Part shown: in pieces, positions 61,445 through 64,000 of the stretch
Layout: every line of letters begins with the position of its first letter
Numbering within the stretch: position 1 is the first letter of the stretch
Program-made: the position numbers and the translations under genes
The notes under the pieces: generated by a model
What the model saw: the letters and a program-made list of their open reading frames with translations, nothing else
Database searches by the model: none
Told to the model about the DNA's origin: nothing
DNA from: Enoplolaimus lenunculus
Lineage: Eukaryota
Direction: 5' to 3'
NCBI GenBank assembly: GCA_030248215.1
Contig: JASANG010001414.1
Span: 1-64,000, forward strand
DNA: 64,000 nucleotides

Positions 61445-63217
61445 ATGCCTACAACCAGTGATCACGATGTCATTGGTATTGCTGGAGGCGGCAGTATTTT
61501 GTCGGAGGAGACTTCCACCTTAACTGATCAACCACAAACCCCAATGGACACGGCAGCAATTGATCACAATCAGGATTACGACGTCGAGGGTAATAATGAT
61601 GCAAATGAATTAAAAGGGGACTATGCGAACTTATTACGGTCTAGAACACTCTATGTAACTAATCTTAAATATCATGGTCTTAATAACTTAACGTGCGTAG
61701 AAGTGCTGAACGCTGTTAATAAGGTTTTCACTGTCCAGGGCGGTGAGAAGTTTAGTAATAGTGTTAAAATTATTTTCCCATCCAAGGACATTGCATCTAT
61801 AGCAGCGGGTAAATCAATTAAAATTGGGGACTCGGAGGTAATTCTAGAAATTCCTCGCGACGCAACAATGCAATCTCCTTTTATTGTTCGAACTTTACAT
61901 CTATATGGCGTCCCCTTTGAAGTTCCGGATAAAGCGCTACAGTCGTTCTTAGCTGCTCAAAATATTCAGTGCTTGCAATCTGGTCGTTTCATCAAGCATC
62001 GAGGAAGTGAATACATCTCAAGTGGTCGAAGTTTCTTAGTCCAGATCCGCCGCGACTATAAAATACCTCCTCGGCTCCAATGGTGCGATCCTCATTTTAG
62101 GCGCGGATATATTATAATTCGGGCATGGTACCCGGGTATGGGTCGGTATTGTAAATCATGTTATAAATTTGGACATGAACAATTAGATTGTGTTGATTTT
62201 CCTGCTTTGAACAACACTGAAGTGGACACGAACTCAGCTAAACAACAACAAGAAGAGCAAGAACCCAAACAACAGTCACAACAACAGCAGCAACAGAAAC
62301 AACAAGTTCAACAACAACAATTACAACAACAACGGCAACAAATGAAAGCCGGGATAGACAAGGATCGCAGCAAGTTAAATACAAACAAGCAGTTTCTTGA
62401 TATCAGTAACTTTATTATGGGGTTAATCAAAAATATTCAGTCCAGCATTAACAATGATATTATTGTGAGAGAACCATTAGCTTTAGTCATCAATGGAAAG
62501 CTGGATTTGACTAAACTGCCAGAATCCGGGAAATCTTTTCTCAATTTTTCTGCTTGGTATAGATATTTGCATTTGAAACGATCGATGTCTCCGCCATTTC
62601 ACCCTGAGGGTGAAGACGTTAAAACATTTTTTGATTCGAAACATCCAAGCAATTATCGTCTCTCGAATTTCCATGTTGACAATCCAGTATCTGTTTGGGG
62701 CGAGTCTTTCTCATCTCCTGAAAAATTTGTCGCAGTGTGGAAGGCGAGATTCAGTGGTCGCAAAGATATCGAAGAGAAGGTTTGGGGAACAGACGATCCT
62801 AAATCAATAAAATTTTTACATAGTCAGATAGTTTGGCCGGGCACAACGTTACATTATTTGTGTATCGTTTTCGAATTAATTTATACGATTTGTTTTGCAC
62901 GAGCACAACAATGTGATGTGATTGGGCGCACACTATTGTCAACAGAGGGTCTATTGGTTGAGACTGTACCTGGGCCGGGGCCTTGGAGCTGCGGCCGTGG
63001 ACACTCCGATAATCGAGCTCAAAATAGAGTTACCTGGCGTCCTGGCAGTTTAAACTTAAATGGTGACTGTCAGACTCTTGTGCGAGAACACATTATGTTA
63101 CGAAAGGTGAGAACAGTAAGCACATCGTCTGATATATCTTCTCGCGTTACAGGTGTTAAGCGGTTGTATGAAGAGTCAGATGTGATTAGTGGCAAAAAGC
63201 CAAACATTGCAATGTGA
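61445..63217 (+). CDS. LINE ORF1p: two RRM-like segments, CCHC zinc knuckle, Gln-rich linker, C-terminal NADAR/YbiA-like domain
   Basis: RRM-like: TLYVTNL and LHLYGVPFEVPDKALQSFL. Knuckle CKSCYKFGHEQLDC (62150-62191). NADAR-like motifs LSNFH, FSSPEK, KARF, DPKSIK, LLSTEGLLVE, W, GSLNLNG...VRE (62621-63100). Confidence 0.85.
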   Translation: MPTTSDHDVIGIAGGGSILSEETSTLTDQPQTPMDTAAIDHNQDYDVEGNNDANELKGDYANLLRSRTLYVTNLKYHGLNNLTCVEVLNAVNKVFTVQGGEKFSNSVKIIFPSKDIASIAAGKSIKIGDSEVILEIPRDATMQSPFIVRTLHLYGVPFEVPDKALQSFLAAQNIQCLQSGRFIKHRGSEYISSGRSFLVQIRRDYKIPPRLQWCDPHFRRGYIIIRAWYPGMGRYCKSCYKFGHEQLDCVDFPALNNTEVDTNSAKQQQEEQEPKQQSQQQQQQKQQVQQQQLQQQRQQMKAGIDKDRSKLNTNKQFLDISNFIMGLIKNIQSSINNDIIVREPLALVINGKLDLTKLPESGKSFLNFSAWYRYLHLKRSMSPPFHPEGEDVKTFFDSKHPSNYRLSNFHVDNPVSVWGESFSSPEKFVAVWKARFSGRKDIEEKVWGTDDPKSIKFLHSQIVWPGTTLHYLCIVFELIYTICFARAQQCDVIGRTLLSTEGLLVETVPGPGPWSCGRGHSDNRAQNRVTWRPGSLNLNGDCQTLVREHIMLRKVRTVSTSSDISSRVTGVKRLYEESDVISGKKPNIAM

Positions 63218-63271
63218 ACGTGCATTTTTTTTTGTTTTACATGCCTTAAATTGATATGAAAGAGAGTCAAT

Positions 63272-64000
63272 ATGGATCTGCCAAATTTCTTTTCTTTTTC
63301 CAGTTTAAATTGCAGATCCATTAAGCATTTTCGAAAAGTGTCGATAGTTTTTGAAAGGATAAAAGATTTGGATTTGATTTGTCTGCAAGAGACACATTTT
63401 AAAAATAATTGGGATGCAGAGATTTTTGATAGAATTTTCTCACGCAATTTTAAAATATTTCACAGTTTCGGAAGCGAGGAGAATAGTAAAACAGGGGTAA
63501 CGGTCCTTATAAATAGGACAGCTCCTGTTGGTCAAATTGAAAACATTTTTAATATTCAGGGTAGGGCGGTCACGATTGCTTTTAGTATTGGTTCTCTTTC
63601 TTTTTTCTTAATTGGTATTTATGCTCCCGCGAACGGCGAGCAGCGAGTAGTTTTTTTCAACCAGCTGATGCAACAAGTGCAAAATTCGTTTTGGTTTGAT
63701 TATAAATGTGTTATTATGTTGGGTGATTTTAACTTAGTTGAGGACCCGGTTTTGGACCGATCACGGCCGTCATATGATCAGCAGCAAGGCCTGAGAGAGC
63801 TTTATTGTTTGAAGGAACTGTTGGTGATATCTGATGTTTTTAGGGAGACACATCCAAATAAAAACGACTTTTTTACTTTTCTTTCAGACATTCATGGAAG
63901 TCAGTCTCGTATAGATCGGATTTATATGCCGGCTTTTTTACAACCGGGCGCTTTGTGTACCGCTCGCGCAGTGAACAAGACAGATCATAGGTTGTTTAGA
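63272..64000 (+). CDS. LINE ORF2p N-terminal apurinic-like (APE) endonuclease domain, truncated by the window end
   Basis: MDLPNFFSFSSLNCRS...ICLQETH...GVTVL...GIYAP...MLGDFN...DVFRETHP...FTF...SRIDRIY...TDH: the expected EEP motifs are present. Confidence 0.93.
   Translation, partial: MDLPNFFSFSSLNCRSIKHFRKVSIVFERIKDLDLICLQETHFKNNWDAEIFDRIFSRNFKIFHSFGSEENSKTGVTVLINRTAPVGQIENIFNIQGRAVTIAFSIGSLSFFLIGIYAPANGEQRVVFFNQLMQQVQNSFWFDYKCVIMLGDFNLVEDPVLDRSRPSYDQQQGLRELYCLKELLVISDVFRETHPNKNDFFTFLSDIHGSQSRIDRIYMPAFLQPGALCTARAVNKTDHRLFR

Larger units (their letters stand above)
61445..64000 (+). mobile_element. L1/Tx1-clade non-LTR retrotransposon (5' part; continues beyond the window)
   Basis: Two-ORF layout: ORF1 with RRM-like domains and CCHC, a 54-nt spacer, then ORF2 starting with an APE endonuclease. 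No stops or frameshifts are visible. Confidence 0.92.

Overview
AT-rich, intron-rich animal genomic DNA. Genes: the last two exons of an SK/KCNN Ca2+-activated K+ channel (+, 60-979); a multi-exon RF/RYamide neuropeptide precursor (-, 23556-26402); a doublecortin-domain gene (-, from 37918) that runs directly into a 2.86-kb exon encoding a stonustoxin-like/FN3/Cys-rich protein (31779-34639); MAP2K5/MEK5 (+, 43938-52682, first exon not resolved); and KRTCAP2 (+, 55099-57394). The window ends in an apparently intact L1/Tx1-clade LINE. Its ORF1 carries RRM-like domains, a CCHC knuckle and an unexpected C-terminal NADAR/YbiA-like domain, followed by an APE-endonuclease ORF2 cut off by the window end. 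Intergenic and intronic DNA is packed with non-autonomous DNA transposons: about 20 GGCC-ended, 8-bp-TSD (Merlin-like) MITEs carrying TTAGGC telomere-type hexamers, CACTG-ended foldback MITEs, TTAA-flanked piggyBac-like MITEs with a tRNA-derived Pol III head, and hAT-, pogo- and Harbinger-like MITEs. TTAGGC suggests, but does not prove, a nematode host. All calls were made by eye; no database searches were run.
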